Positions 12,154-26,290 of a stretch of 64,000 nucleotides of DNA are shown in pieces; the first letter of the stretch is position 1; each line of letters starts with the position of its first letter. Both the position numbers and the translations under genes were made by a program. The notes beneath the pieces are model-generated. The model ran no database searches. It worked only from the letters and a program-made list of their open reading frames with translations, and was not told the origin of the DNA. Origin of the DNA: Chrysemys picta bellii (Eukaryota); contig NC_088807.1 of NCBI RefSeq assembly GCF_011386835.1, forward strand, positions 24,304,001 through 24,368,000, written 5' to 3'.

Positions 12154-13020
12154 CTATGTAAAACACACGGCGGCCTGTAGGGGTTTATATAGCACAGGGT
12201 CCGACCTGAGTGAGAACTGGCGCCACCGCTTGCGTCTCCCCCTCCCCTCGCCCCGACAAAGGGACGCTTCCGGCTCTCACCAATGAGAGACGGCGGCCTT
12301 CGCCTCCAGCCAATCAGAACATTACGCGGGTAATTTTAAATTCAAACAGCGGAGTTTGGCGCTCGAGCGGGGCACAGCGAGAAGCTGCAAACAGGGTGGG
12401 GAGATAAATCCCCTTCACACACCCCAAAAAGGTGTAAGGGGACGCGGGGGTTTATTTATCACTGACCAGCACCCAGAGCCGCAGAGCCACCCTCCCTGCA
12501 CCCCCCTGCACTGCGGTGGCTGTGGAGAGCCCCCGCTTTTGAATATTCACCCATTGCACACTTGGAAATAAACATCACTCCAATTTCCTTCCCTAAGAGA
12601 CTCCTGATGGTCAGCTCCCTGGGGCCCCAGCTGGACTGTACAGTGCTAAGCACAAGCCACCCCCCGTTTTCTCTGCACCCCCTTTTCTCCGTGTGCCTCC
12701 CGAGGAGGGGGTGATCGATTTCCTGCTTTCAAAGGCTTTGTTATTGGCGCATTAGCAAACGGGCATTTTACTGGTGCTTTGGCCCTGGTCTTGGGGCGAC
12801 TCCAGACTCGGGGGTGTTGCGGGAAGCTGAATTTCCACCTTTGAGAGGCCACACAGTGTTGTCAGCTCGCATGAACATTTTGTCACGAGTCTGGTGAGAA
12901 TTATTGTGTTCCTTAAAGCCCCCCCCCTCCCCCAGCTCCTGCAGTCAGGGGGATAATAGGATGATTTCAGCCTTCATTCTTAAAGAAAAATAAATTTCTA
13001 GCTTTTGTGCGTGTGGAGGA

Positions 13021-13217
13021 ACATAAGAGTGGCCAGACGGGGTCAGACCAAAGGTCCCTCTAGCCCAGTGTCCTGTCTGCCGACTGGCCAATGCCAGGTG
13101 CCCCAGAGGGAATGAACAGAACAGGGAATCGTCAAGTGTCCATCTCCCATTCCCAGCTTCTGACAAACAGAGGCTGGGAACACCATCCCTGCCCAGCCTG
13201 GCTAATAGTCATTGACT
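13021..13217 (-). mobile_element. CR1 3' tail fragment
   Basis: Reverse complement of the CR1 tail seen at 1200-1395 (cataagagtggccagacggggtcagaccaaaggtccctctagcccag). Confidence 0.8.
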
Positions 13218-13242
13218 AGCCTAGTAAGTCTCAAAATGTGAC

Positions 13243-13281
<39 letters not shown>

Positions 13282-14242
13282 CCGCAAGGCTCAAACAGCT
13301 TTCTATTATTTTGACATAATCTCATGAGTTTTAAAGACCATCTCGTGATCTGTGGTGAGCTTGACTCCTGGTTTTTTTTTTGAACAGTTGGGTTTGGCCA
13401 GACTGAGATCACAAAGATTTGCCTTCTGGCTGAGATTTCGCGGTTGGGGTGAGCCCAGAGCCGGTCTGGGATGGGTGGTTTCCTCGGGGTGGATATGGTT
13501 GAAGTTCCCCCACCCCGACCGGAGCTGCCACATGGTCGCAAACGGGAAATCTCTCCCTCCCCGCCTTGTAACAAAGGCAAACGAGCTGCCCCCTTTCCAG
13601 TCTCCGAGCCCCCAAATCCGGTTTTAGAAAGGCAGATTGTTAACCATCTGAGGAGATCGGGAAATGAACAGCTCTCTCGCCTCCTGGAGAAGAGAAAGGT
13701 TAGTTTAGGATATAATTCATTCAGCCTGTCCCTATAAAATCTGGTATTAAAACAAAAAACCCCTTCGGTTTATTTTGTCTATAAAAGACCATCCATAGAA
13801 CACACTGGGTTTCAAGCATAAAGGGAATAAAGACGCGAGCTCTTCCAAGCTAGATGAGATAGAAAGGACACAGACATTTCATGTTGATTCACCTAAACGT
13901 GTCGCCCAGAAGTGAGGAGTTTTGCATTTCCTGTTCAGAGCTGGCCCATCTAACCAATGCATGTTCTTAATAGCCAAGAAAATACCTAGCATATTTACAG
14001 CATTATGAAACCCTCATTAAATGGGTTTTAATGATTACACAGTACTTGACTGAGTTAAGCTCCAGGAACAAAGAACATGACTAGGGCTATCCTAGATATT
14101 CAAAGCTCATTTTAAAATGGTTCCTTTAGTGACTTTCTGCTGGTAAAACAGTGACTCAAGCTCTCATTGACAAAGTGGGTGGCTCTTAAAAGAGCCTTTG
14201 GGTTTTAGGTGTAACAACTTCCCGGANNNNNNNNNNNNNNNN

Positions 14243-15394
<1,152 letters not shown>

Positions 15395-15920
15395 GCAGGC
15401 GGCTCGTATTCGAATTCACTGAACCCAAAGGCTCTTTTAAGAGCCACCCACAAGTTCAGAAAGAGCTGTTGATCTCTGAAAACGGTAGATAAAAAGGAAG
15501 AGGAAAAAGGATAAGTATAAGTAGTTCTCTATGGAGATGCATGCAACAGTTTGCGGGTAATTTATTGTGCTTCTGGATTGTTGCTAGACAGCTGAGGTTT
15601 GGTGTCAAACTAGGTTATATTTTTCTACTAAAAGAGCAGTCTCCTTGCTAAGGGGTTTGGCGTGAAATGCATTAACACCCCATACATCAGCTAAAATGGA
15701 GGATGGTCTGTACTTAATGTAGCAGTAAAGTTATTCCTCTCCTTACCTGGTTTTAGACATTTAAGAAAAATAAGTGGTTTGGATGAAGTGATAGTTACTG
15801 TGTTCTCCTGTATTTTGGTGTGAGTTCAGGAAGTGAGTGCAGATGCAAGAATCAATCCTTTCTCCTGCCCCCATTCTGTCATTTCTGTTTCTGTGAGAGA
15901 TGAGTAACGGCTTTACATAG

Positions 15921-16107
15921 AGAACAGGAGGACTTGTGGCACCTTAGAGACTAACAGATTTATTTGAGCATAAGCTTTCGTGGGCTAAAACCCACTTCTT
16001 CGGATACATCCACTGCTCAAATAAATGTGTTAGTCTCTAAGGTGCCACAAGTACTCCTGTTCCTTTTGTGGATAGAGTAACATGGTTGCTACTCTGAAAC
16101 CTGTCAT
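15921..16107. mobile_element. Penelope-like terminal repeat, inverted (hairpin) arrangement
   Basis: Arms 15921-15970 and 16015-16062 (gacttgtggcaccttagagactaaca / tgttagtctctaaggtgccacaagt) are reverse complements; same terminus as the GIY-YIG-bearing copy at 19365-19932. Confidence 0.85.
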
Positions 16108-16294
16108 AGAGAGGGAGGTTACTGATTGGGGGTGGGGGGAATCTACCCCCATTTTCCTGCTTTCACTCCCAGCCACAAAGTGGTTGTTTACAATTTTCTT
16201 CACAAGCTGAGAGCATGCTACTGAATATATGCGAAATAAATGGTGTTATTTCAATGAGCCACACAGATTAAAATGCAAACCTGGAAATTGATAA

Positions 16295-16620
16295 CCTAAG
16301 AATGGCTATACGGTTCAGGTCAATGGTCTGTCTAGCTCAGTCCAGTATCCTGTCTTTCAATAGTAGGTGGTGCCTAGTATTTCAGAGAGAATCAACAGAA
16401 CAGGTGATCCATCCCTTGTTATCCTCTCCCTGTCTTGAGCAGTCAGAGGCTAGGGACACTCAGGATTCCATCCCTGACCATCTTGGCTAATAGCCATTGA
16501 TGGACCTGTGGTGGATTAATTAATCTAATTAGTTTTGAGGCATGTTATAGTTTTGGCCTTCACAACATCCCCTGGCAAGGAGTTCCACAGGTTGTGTTGA
16601 GTGAAGTATTTCCTTTATAT
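16295..16620 (-). mobile_element. CR1 3' tail fragment
   Basis: ctaagaatggctata...tctagctcagtccagtatcctgtc...aggagttccacaggtt. Confidence 0.75.
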
Positions 16621-16817
16621 CAGTACTCAAACTGGGGGTCACAAGATTCTTACATGGGGGGGTTGTGAACTGTCAGCCTCCACCCCAAACCTGCTTTGCC
16701 TCCGGCATTTATTATGGTGTTAAATATATAAAAAGTGTTTTTAATTTGTAAGGGGGGTTGCACTCAGGGGCTTTCTATGTGAAAGGGGTCACCAGTACAA
16801 AAGTTTGAGAACCACTG
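16621..16817 (+). mobile_element. hAT/Charlie (MER5-like) MITE
   Basis: cagtactcaaact...agtttgagaaccactg with a perfect 8-bp TSD ctttatat (16613-16620, 16818-16825). Confidence 0.9.
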
Positions 16818-17249
16818 CTTTATATGATGTTTGTTTATATGGAGAAATCAGGGGAGGGGAAGAGCCTTTTCCTTCTGGGCCACACTGAAATGCTTTATAG
16901 AAATGTTGCCCCCTAATTAAGTGCTCCCCATGCTGGGGGGGGGTGCCCCCCTTTTCCACTGTTCCCTCTTCCCCCATATCGAGCCTTCCAATCTCCCTTC
17001 TGTGGCACAAGTTCTGTGTGCCCCCATTCCTCCTTCCCCCAGCAGGGGCCCTGAGTGAACCCCTGTTACCTCCTTCCTTCCCATGTGAGGGTTTCTGCAT
17101 GCCACATTTCCTCCTTCCCCAATACGAGGGTCCTCCATTCTCTCCTCCCATGCTAGGCGCTGTGCATTCTCCCCATGCCAATGCATTACCTTCCCTCCCC
17201 CATTCTTGTGTGGGAGAAAAGTCATTCGGCATAGCCATATCAATGTGTT

Positions 17250-17580
17250 AATTGGTCGGTGCCATGGACTCACAGATCGTGCCCACTCTTGGCCCTATGC
17301 GGTCCCTGGGGGGAACCCCCTTCAGTGCGACAGCCCTTCTTGGGGGTCCACTCTCTCTCGGGGTCAGGCCCCTCCACCTCCTGGAGCCGCACCTCTCTGA
17401 GCCTTAGCACGTCTGTCTCTGCCGTGGGCCCCGTCAGGGAGTACACTTGCTCTGGACCCCCGGGGCCTCCATTCCCAGAGGGAATAATGCCACCCTGTTC
17501 TCTAGCCCGAAGCGACTCTCCGCCAGCATAACACAGGAGGGTTTATGGAGGAGAAGCAGGGATAAGATGGAGTGTGTGTA
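17250..17580 (-). mobile_element. LTR fragment (Gypsy-type U5 end)
   Basis: Reverse complement reads ataaacctcctgtgttatgctggcggagagtcgc, resembling the aataaaccttctg...ggctgagagtca of other LTRs in this window; terminus tgccatgga is similar to tgtcacgga. Confidence 0.55.
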
Positions 17581-18119
17581 TGGTTATACTGGAAGGGGGT
17601 TAATGGGCACCATCAACCAGTTATTTAATCTACAGACAAATGCAGAAATGCTTGAGGTGCTTGGCCTGTGCTAAAGAACTGGTAGGAGCTTAATGTTTCC
17701 CTTTTTTGGCTTTTCTGATTTCTTCCCACCCTCCAGAATCATTCTGATCGCTGATGCCTGGACTATTTCCATGTCCTGAACGTTTGGAATTGACTGGATG
17801 CAAGATTCCAACAGTCCTACAGACAACTGCCATCAAGTTGCGTGTAAGGCCTTCACCAGCTCAGCCCATAAATCCTGTTTGATTTACTGTGGAATGAGCC
17901 TCTGCCCCTCCCTGGGCACAGAGCCCCTACCATGCAGGGGGAACCCGCACCTCCTGCCTTTAGCACCAGAGTCCCCCGTCCCCCCCGTGACTTCATTAAA
18001 TTCTAGCCTGCCCCTGTTGCACAGAAAAAAACTGGGAGGGACCCTTTGAGGCGCTTGAGTGAGGTGTAACTCATGTAGTTGTGCTTTCAAATGGCTCCTG
18101 TTTAACCTGATTTATCACA

Positions 18120-18880
18120 CGATGGATAGTTCTCTGAAGACATCCACGCAGTGTGCAGCGGGGGTCAAAAAAGCAAACAGGATGTTAGGAGCCATTAAAA
18201 AAGGCATAGAAAATAAGACCAAGAGTATCTTATTGCCCTTATATGAATCCATTTTACGCCCACATCTTGAATACTGTATACAGATGTGGTCTCCTCATCT
18301 CAAAAAAGGTATACTGGCATTAGAAAAAGTTCAGAGACGGGCAACTAAAATGGTTAGGGGTTTGGAAGGGGTCCCATATGAGGAGAGATTAAAGAGGCTG
18401 GGACTTTTCAGCTTGGAAAAGAGACTAGGGGAGGATATGATAGAGGTCTATAAAATCATGAGTGATGTGGAGAAAGTGGATAAGGAAAAGTTATTCACTT
18501 ATTCCCATAATACAAGACATATTGGGATCACCAAATGAAATTAATGGGCAGCAGGTTTAAAACAAATAAAAGGAAGTTCTTCACCCAGTGCCCAGTCAAC
18601 ATGTGGAACTCCTTGCCGGAGGAGGTTGTGAAGGCTAGAACTATAACAGGGTTTAAAAGAGAACTGGATAAATTCATGGAGGTTAAGTCTATTAGCCAGG
18701 CTGGGTAAGGAATGGTGTCCCCAGCCTCTTTGTCAGAGGGTGGTGATGGATGACAGGAGAGAGATCACTTGATCATTGCCAGTTGGGTTTGCACCCGGCA
18801 TTGGTCACTGTCAGTAAACAGGACACTGGGCTAGATGGACCTTTGGTCTGACCCAGTACGGCCATTCTTATGTTCTTATG
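18120..18880 (+). mobile_element. CR1 LINE 3' fragment
   Basis: ORF 18059-18538 (RPHLEYCIQMWSPHLKKGILALEKVQRRATKM); ends ggccattcttatgttcttatg. Confidence 0.93.
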
Positions 18881-19364
18881 AATGTGATCAGACTATTATC
18901 AGGAGCAACTGATCCTGGAGCTATGTAGCCAGTTGAGGGGAGGACCCCACAGTGGTCTGGTCATAGACAGTAAGTCCGAAGTTGCATTTGACTTTATTCC
19001 CATCTCAAACAGATTAACCCTAAAGAACAGGGTCCATTCCAGTCCAGGAAGTGTTGTAGGCACTTAGGCGGGCTGGCTCCGGAGTCACAACCCTTGCAGA
19101 GCATGGGGTGATCCCAGGACTCTGGATTGCTTGGTGAACAGGGAGAAACAAACAATGTGCACTTTAATACAGACACATGTAGGAAGAAGGAATGAAGGCC
19201 ATACTTACAGAATGGGGGACTTTATCCTGGCATGCCACGATGCTAAAGGTGATTTGGGGGAGGGTCATGGTGGATAATTAGCTGAACATCTGATCCTAGT
19301 GCATCACTGTGAATATGATCTATGGATGTATAAACAGGGGAAAGTCGAGTTGGGGTAGAGAGGT

Positions 19365-19932
19365 TCTTTTACCAATTTGGCTCTGGTGTGACCACTGCTC
19401 GAATAAATGGACACAAATCTGACTTCAAGAATTATAACATTCAAAAACCAGTTGGAGAACACTTCAACCTCCCTGGTCACTCGATTACAGACCTCAAAGT
19501 CACAATTCTCCAACAAAAAAACTTCAAAAACAGACTCAGAGAGACTGCTGAATTGGAATTAATTTGCAAACTCGACACCATTAAATTAGGCTTGAATAAA
19601 GACTGGTAGTGGATGGCTCATTACACAAAGTAAAACTGTTTCTTCATGCTTATTTTTCCCCTATGGTTACTCACACCTTTTTGTCAACTGTTGGAAATGG
19701 GCCATCCTGATTATCACCACAAAAGGTTTTTTTTTTCCTGCTGATAATAGCCCACCTTAACTGATCACTCTTGTTATAGTGTGTATGGCAACACCCATTT
19801 TTTCATGTTCTCTCTCTCTGTGTGTATCTTCCACTGCATGCATCCAATGAAGTGGGTTTTAGCCCACAAAAGCTTATGCTCAAATAAATTTGTTAGTCTC
19901 TAAGGTACCACAAGTCCTCCTGTTCTTTTTGC
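19365..19932 (+). mobile_element. Penelope-like element 3' part (GIY-YIG endonuclease C-terminus plus terminal repeat)
   Basis: ORF 19388-19609 (RINGHKSD..KPVGEHFNLPGHSITDLKVTILQQKNFKNRLRETAELELICKLDTIKLGLNKDW) is followed by the pLTR. Confidence 0.9.
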
Positions 19933-20680
19933 TTGAATCCTGTGTCCAGTTGTGATGCCCACAATTAAAGAAAGATGTTGATAAATTGGAGAGAGTTCAG
20001 AGAAGAGCCTCAAGCATGATTAAAAGATCAGAAAATGTGTTAGAGCAGAGGTGCTGGAACTGGGGGGGGGGGTGCTGCCCCATGGCTCTCAGCACCCCCA
20101 CTATACAAATTGTTCCAGTGCCCCGAGTGAGTCTCTTGATCTATTTAATTTAACAAACAGAAGATTAAGGGGTGACTTTTATCCCCTATGCGCTATAAGT
20201 AGAGATGCCGCCCGACTTATGGAATCGTTCCTTTCAGGAAAGCCTTGTGTAACTCAAATTTTGCATAAACCAGAAACATATACCTGTACATTACGCAAAA
20301 ATTTCCGCAACTCAAAAATCCTATTTCTGGCTTATGGAACTTTTTCTGTAAGTGTGAATTTACATAAATCAGATCTTGCGTAACCTGGGGAGTGTCTGTA
20401 CCTACATGGAGATCCAATATTTAATAATGGGCTTTTACTGTACTTGGGCTAGACGAATTGAGACTGGAAATAAGGTGTATATTTATAACAGTGAAGGTAG
20501 TTAATCATTGGGGCAATTTACCAAGGGTTATAGTGAAGTCTCTAGCACTGGCAATTATAAAATCAAGATGGGATGATTTTCTACTAAATGCTGTGCTCTA
20601 GTTCAAACAGGATTTTGGGAAAGGCCTATGCTTCTGTTAGGCTAGAATTCAGACCACAACGGTCTCTTCTGGCCCTTGAA
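19933..20680 (+). mobile_element. Older CR1 3' fragment interrupted by small insertions
   Basis: gttgataaattggagagagttcagagaagagc...aagattaaggggtgac...acggtctcttctggcccttgaatc. A MITE at about 20045-20125 is related to those at 28655-28790 and 37425-37555. Confidence 0.7.
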
Positions 20681-20710
20681 TCTCAGAAACTAGTCTCTTA
20701 CTGTCACTTA

Positions 20711-20865
20711 CACCTCTACCCCAATATACCACGAATTTGAATATAACGTGGTGGGGGGGCTGCGCACTCCAGTGGATCAAAGCACGTTTGATATAACGCT
20801 GTTTCACCTATAACGTGGTAAGATTTTTTGGCTCCTGAGGACAGCGTTATATCAGGGCAGAGGTG
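20711..20865. mobile_element. Tc1/mariner (Tigger-like) MITE
   Basis: TIRs cacctctaccccaatatacc / gttatatcagggcagaggtg, flanked by TA on both sides. Confidence 0.85.
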
Positions 20866-21436
20866 TATTTTATATTTGCACAGCAGGTAGCACTGTGGAG
20901 ACCACCCTAGCTGAGGCCCTTAAGCACTACTACAATAACAGGGTTAAATAACAATGAATCCGTGGGATACAGCCAGTGAGGATGCTCTGTACAATACAAT
21001 ATTTGAGCCACAGAGTTAAGCGTTTGAAAGACTGGTGTTAATCATTGCTGAGAGAGATGACAGGGTACAATCTCCTGGAAAACAGGAACATACCCAAAGA
21101 GTCAAAAGCTTCTATTAAATCAGCTTATGCTGTGGAAAACAGAAGAGCTGTACTTTAGACTCTAGATCTGGGGGTATGAGAAACCTAAGGATGCCATAAA
21201 GCAGAAGTGGACAGTAGGTGGGCAGCTGGTCAAATCCAGACAGTCAGACGCTTTTGAACAGACTTTGAAATCTTTATTTACTTATCACTTGTTATTTTTG
21301 TATTATTGTTTCTGGAGTCTGGGCCTTGACAAACAATAATTGATTCCCTATGCAGTAAGAGAAATTACTCTGAACAGAGTCAGAGAGGGGACTTGCTCCC
21401 TTGAAAGGTTCTCTATTTACTGCTGTAACCAAGACA

Positions 21437-21670
21437 TCAGAAGCGGCCTTACAGAGCTGGGGAAAGCGTGTTTTGCGGTGGGGGTGGGGCGGTGTGGGTA
21501 TTGTCCGACCAAATTGAGAACTGAGCGAGGAGGCCGGAAACACTTCCCCCTCTCCCGCCCTATAATGTGACGCGTCTTCGCTCCCACCAATGAGGCACCG
21601 CACAGCGAACTCTGGCCAATCATTAGCCAGCGCTTAACTTCAAATTCAAAAAGTTGCCTTTTGGCGCCAG
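21437..21670 (-). promoter_or_regulatory. Orphan H4-type promoter without an intact H4 CDS
   Basis: CAGTTCTCAATTTGGTCGGAC at 21503-21523 (3 mismatches to the element of H4 12126), CCAAT boxes, ttttggcgcc at 21659; ATGTCTTGG 66 nt downstream, with a stop at codon 7. Confidence 0.7.
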
Positions 21671-22781
21671 CCCTGCCCTGCTGTTCCTTGATCTGATCTG
21701 TTCAATAAAACTAGCCCAAGTTAAAAGAAACTAACAATGGAACGTAGTGTAAAAGACACTGATCAAATCTCTTTCAACTCAGGCGCTTTCAGGAACGAAT
21801 GAAGAATTGTTTCCACCTGTAGCTAACTTAATTTGTTAGTCTCTAAGGTGCCACAAGTACTCCTGTTCTTTTTAACTTAAAAATGTTTTCATTAGCATTC
21901 CTTCCTTCATCACATGTCTCTAGGCCTTCTCTGCTCTGAAACAATTTTAGTGTCATTTCTTATAGGGCTATGAGTTGCAATACCCTCTATTATTTTTCCC
22001 CCAGAGACCAGTAATCTGTCCCTCGGTGTAGAATTTTTATTTTAAATATATTGTTTTTTATTTGAAAATCTGGAAAATTAAGTTAAACCACTGAATTGAT
22101 ATTTTGGGAAGAAATGGATACCATCTAGAATGTTGCTGAATGTCTTTAAACACCTTAATATTGATAAAATGGAAAAAAGGAATATTTTTATTTTATTTAA
22201 ATGCCCTTGAATATACTGAGAGAGATAAGGTAATATATTTGATAAGACTCAATATTTTATTACCTGACTCACCTCTCTAGAGAAGGTCCAGACCCCAGAA
22301 AGAAACAATTTTTATCAAATCAATTTTTGTTGGTGAGAGACAAGCTTTCTAGTTCTCAAAGGTCTGGAAAGTGTTCTTGGACTGTCACAACCAAATATAA
22401 AAATGGAACGTATTACTTAAGCTGATTAATACTACTCTAATCATACAGGGGGAAAACAATGAAAAACTGCTAAAAACAGCATAGTCCTTTAAAAGTTCTG
22501 ATCTATTTCTCCCATTAAAACATTACCAGGCCCCTTTACTCAAATTAAGAGTAAATTCACTTACTTATTGTGCAAGTAAATTCTATCTTGCGTGCCCTGA
22601 TATGAATTAGGTGTGTGATTCGCCAGGATGTTACAAATTAGTAGAACCTAACACCGGGGAAAAAACTACAGAAGTTACAGACTCACTAGGTACGTCAGTG
22701 AAAGTGACCAAGACTCTCTTATAGATCAAGTAGGTGGCTCTTAAAAGAGCCGTTGTGTTGTTTTTTAGAGACAAAGACCAG

Positions 22782-23162
22782 TTACTTGGAGCTNNNNNNN
22801 NNNNNNNNNNNNNNNNNNNNNNNNNNNNNNNNNNNNNNNNNNNNNNNNNNNNNNNNNNNNNNNNNNNNNNNNNNNNNNNNNNNNNNNNNNNNNNNNNNNN
22901 NNNNNNNNNNNNNNNNNNNNNNNNNNNNNNNNNNNNNNNNNNNNNNNNNNNNNNNNNNNNNNNNNNNNNNNNNNNNNNNNNNNNNNNNNNNNNNNNNNNN
23001 NNNNNNNNNNNNNNNNNNNNNNNNCAGCACCTTGTAGACATAAATGGAGTAACTCTCCTTGCGGGTCTTGCGGCGCTTCTTATCCCCCTTCTTCTGGGTC
23101 TTGGTCACCGCTTTCTTGGAGCCCTTCTTGGGCGCGGGAGCGGACTTGGCTGGATCAGGCAT
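22782..23162 (-). CDS. H2B: Histone H2B (MPDPAK N-terminus; middle in N gap)
   Basis: Start and ..SSK* end are visible; the gap 22794-23024 preserves the 381-nt length. Stem-loop at 22736-22751. Confidence 0.95.
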   Translation of the reverse strand: MPDPAKSAPAPKKGSKKAVTKTQKKGDKKRRKTRKESYSIYVYKVLXXXXXXXXXXXXXXXXXXXXXXXXXXXXXXXXXXXXXXXXXXXXXXXXXXXXXXXXXXXXXXXXXXXXXXXXXXXXXSSK

Positions 23163-23967
<805 letters not shown>

Positions 23968-24765
23968 GCAGGCGTCTGCTGCCGCTGTCTAGGCGAGGGA
24001 GATCCGCCGCCACTCAGCCTCTCCACCCCAAAGGCTCTTTTCAGAGCCACTCACAATGTCAGGCAAAGAGTTGTTAGTCCCTGTTCTGTTTCTTGGGGGT
24101 TGTTGCTAAGGGAACATGAACCAGTTCAGTAGAAACTCAGGCCCGGGTTGCTATCCCGGGTCGAAATCGGGTGGCGAGAATTTACAGGAGACTTGTTCTC
24201 CCTGAAAACACGCCCCGTGGATAGAAAACGTCCTGGTCCCTGCCCAGAGCCCGGAAAACGTGTGAACAAATAAGCTCCTTTGCCGGGGGAGAGACACTAG
24301 TAATTTTAATAAAGCGAGGAGAAAACCGATCGCGAGTCGGGTTGCGCGTTTCTCCTTTGCTGGAGGCGCTGCGCGGCGGTGTCAGGGCGAAGAACAATAA
24401 AAAAACGGCTACAGGGGGTCAGACCAAAGGTCCATCTGGCCCAGTATCCTGTCTTCCGAGAGTGGGAATGAAAGCGGGTGGAGAGTGTGTGTGTGTGTGT
24501 GTGCGTGCGCGGGGGGCGGAATTCACCCCAGCCCGGCAAATTCAAACGGTACAAACGGTTGCGCGCCATGCTCCAGCGAAGGAGGCCCAGGGCGCGCCTG
24601 CCCTCTCCCTCCCTGCGCGCCCTTATGGGATGGAGGGTCGGGGAGGGTTGTATCTCTGGCCAATCCCCGCGCAGCCCGTGAAATTCAAAAAGCTCAACTG
24701 CCCCTGCGGCGAGTTACTGAAAATCCGCGGGAGGCGCAGAACGCGCAGACCAGAGGCACTTGAGC

Positions 24766-25640
24766 AAACCCCTCAGTTCCCCTCTATCCTCCCGGGCCCT
24801 GAGCACACAACTCCCCAGACTGCCCCTCTATGGCCCCCCAGGCACTGAGCAAACAGCCCCCCAGAGTGCCCCTCTATGGCCCCCCCAGGCACTGAGCACA
24901 CAACCCCCACAGACTGCCCCTCTATGGCCCCCCAGGCACTGAGCAAACAGCCCCCCAGAGTGCCCCTCTATGGCCCCCCCAGGCACTGAGCACACAACCC
25001 CCACAGACTGCCCCTCTATGGCCCCCCAGGCACCGAGCAAACAGCTCCCCAGAGTGCCCCTCTATGGCCCCCCAGGCACTGAGCACACAACCCCCACAGA
25101 CTGCCCCTCTATGGCCCCCCCAGGCACTGAGCACACAACCCCCACAGACTGCCCCTCTATGGCCCCCCAGGCACCGAGCAAACAGCTCCCCAGACAGCCC
25201 CTCTATGGCCCCCCCAGGCACTGAGCACACAACCCCCACAGACTGCCCCTCTATGGCCCCCCAGGCACTGAGCACACAACCCCCACAGACTGCCCCTCTA
25301 TGGCCCCCCAGGCACTGAGCACACAACCCCCCAGAGTGCCCTCTATGGCCCCCCAGGCACTGAGCACACAACCCCGGAGAGTACCCCTCTATGGCCCCCC
25401 AGACACTAAGCAAACAGCCCCCCAGAGTGCCCCTCTATGGCCCCCCAGGCACTTGAGCAAGCCCCCCGCTTCCCCTTTTTTCCTGCAGGCACTGAGCAAA
25501 GCCCTTCCCAGTGTCCCCTCTGCCCCCCCCCCCCAAGTACTCCCCTATCCCCCCCAAGCACTGAGCAAGTCCCCAAGTGTCCCTTCCTCCAGGCACTGAG
25601 CATTGGCAAGCCCCCATGTGTCCCCTCTAGCCCCCCCCCC
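24766..25640 (+). repeat. Minisatellite, about 14 units of 46-48 bp plus degenerate flanks
   Basis: Unit ggcactgagc(acacaacccccacagac|aaacagccccccagag)tgcccctctatggccccc(c)ca; two interleaved variants. Confidence 0.95.
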
Positions 25641-25864
25641 CTGTGTCTCCTCTATCCCCAGGCGCTTAGCTCTCTGCTCAAGGGAGCGGAAACAGAGAGG
25701 TTTAGTCACCTCTCCCCAATCCCTGCCCAGCCCGGGAAATTTAAACCCCTCAACGGTCGCATGGCTGCTTCTAGCCAATCAGGAGACAGGGTTCGGCTAT
25801 AAATTGCGCCCAGCAGCGGCGAAGCGCTCATTGCTCTGTGGCTGGACTGGAGAGAGGTTGCTGA

Positions 25865-26290
<426 letters not shown>

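Noticed and set aside
24766-25640. CRISPR-like appearance of the tandem array
   Set aside because: No unique spacers, vertebrate context and no cas genes; it is a minisatellite.
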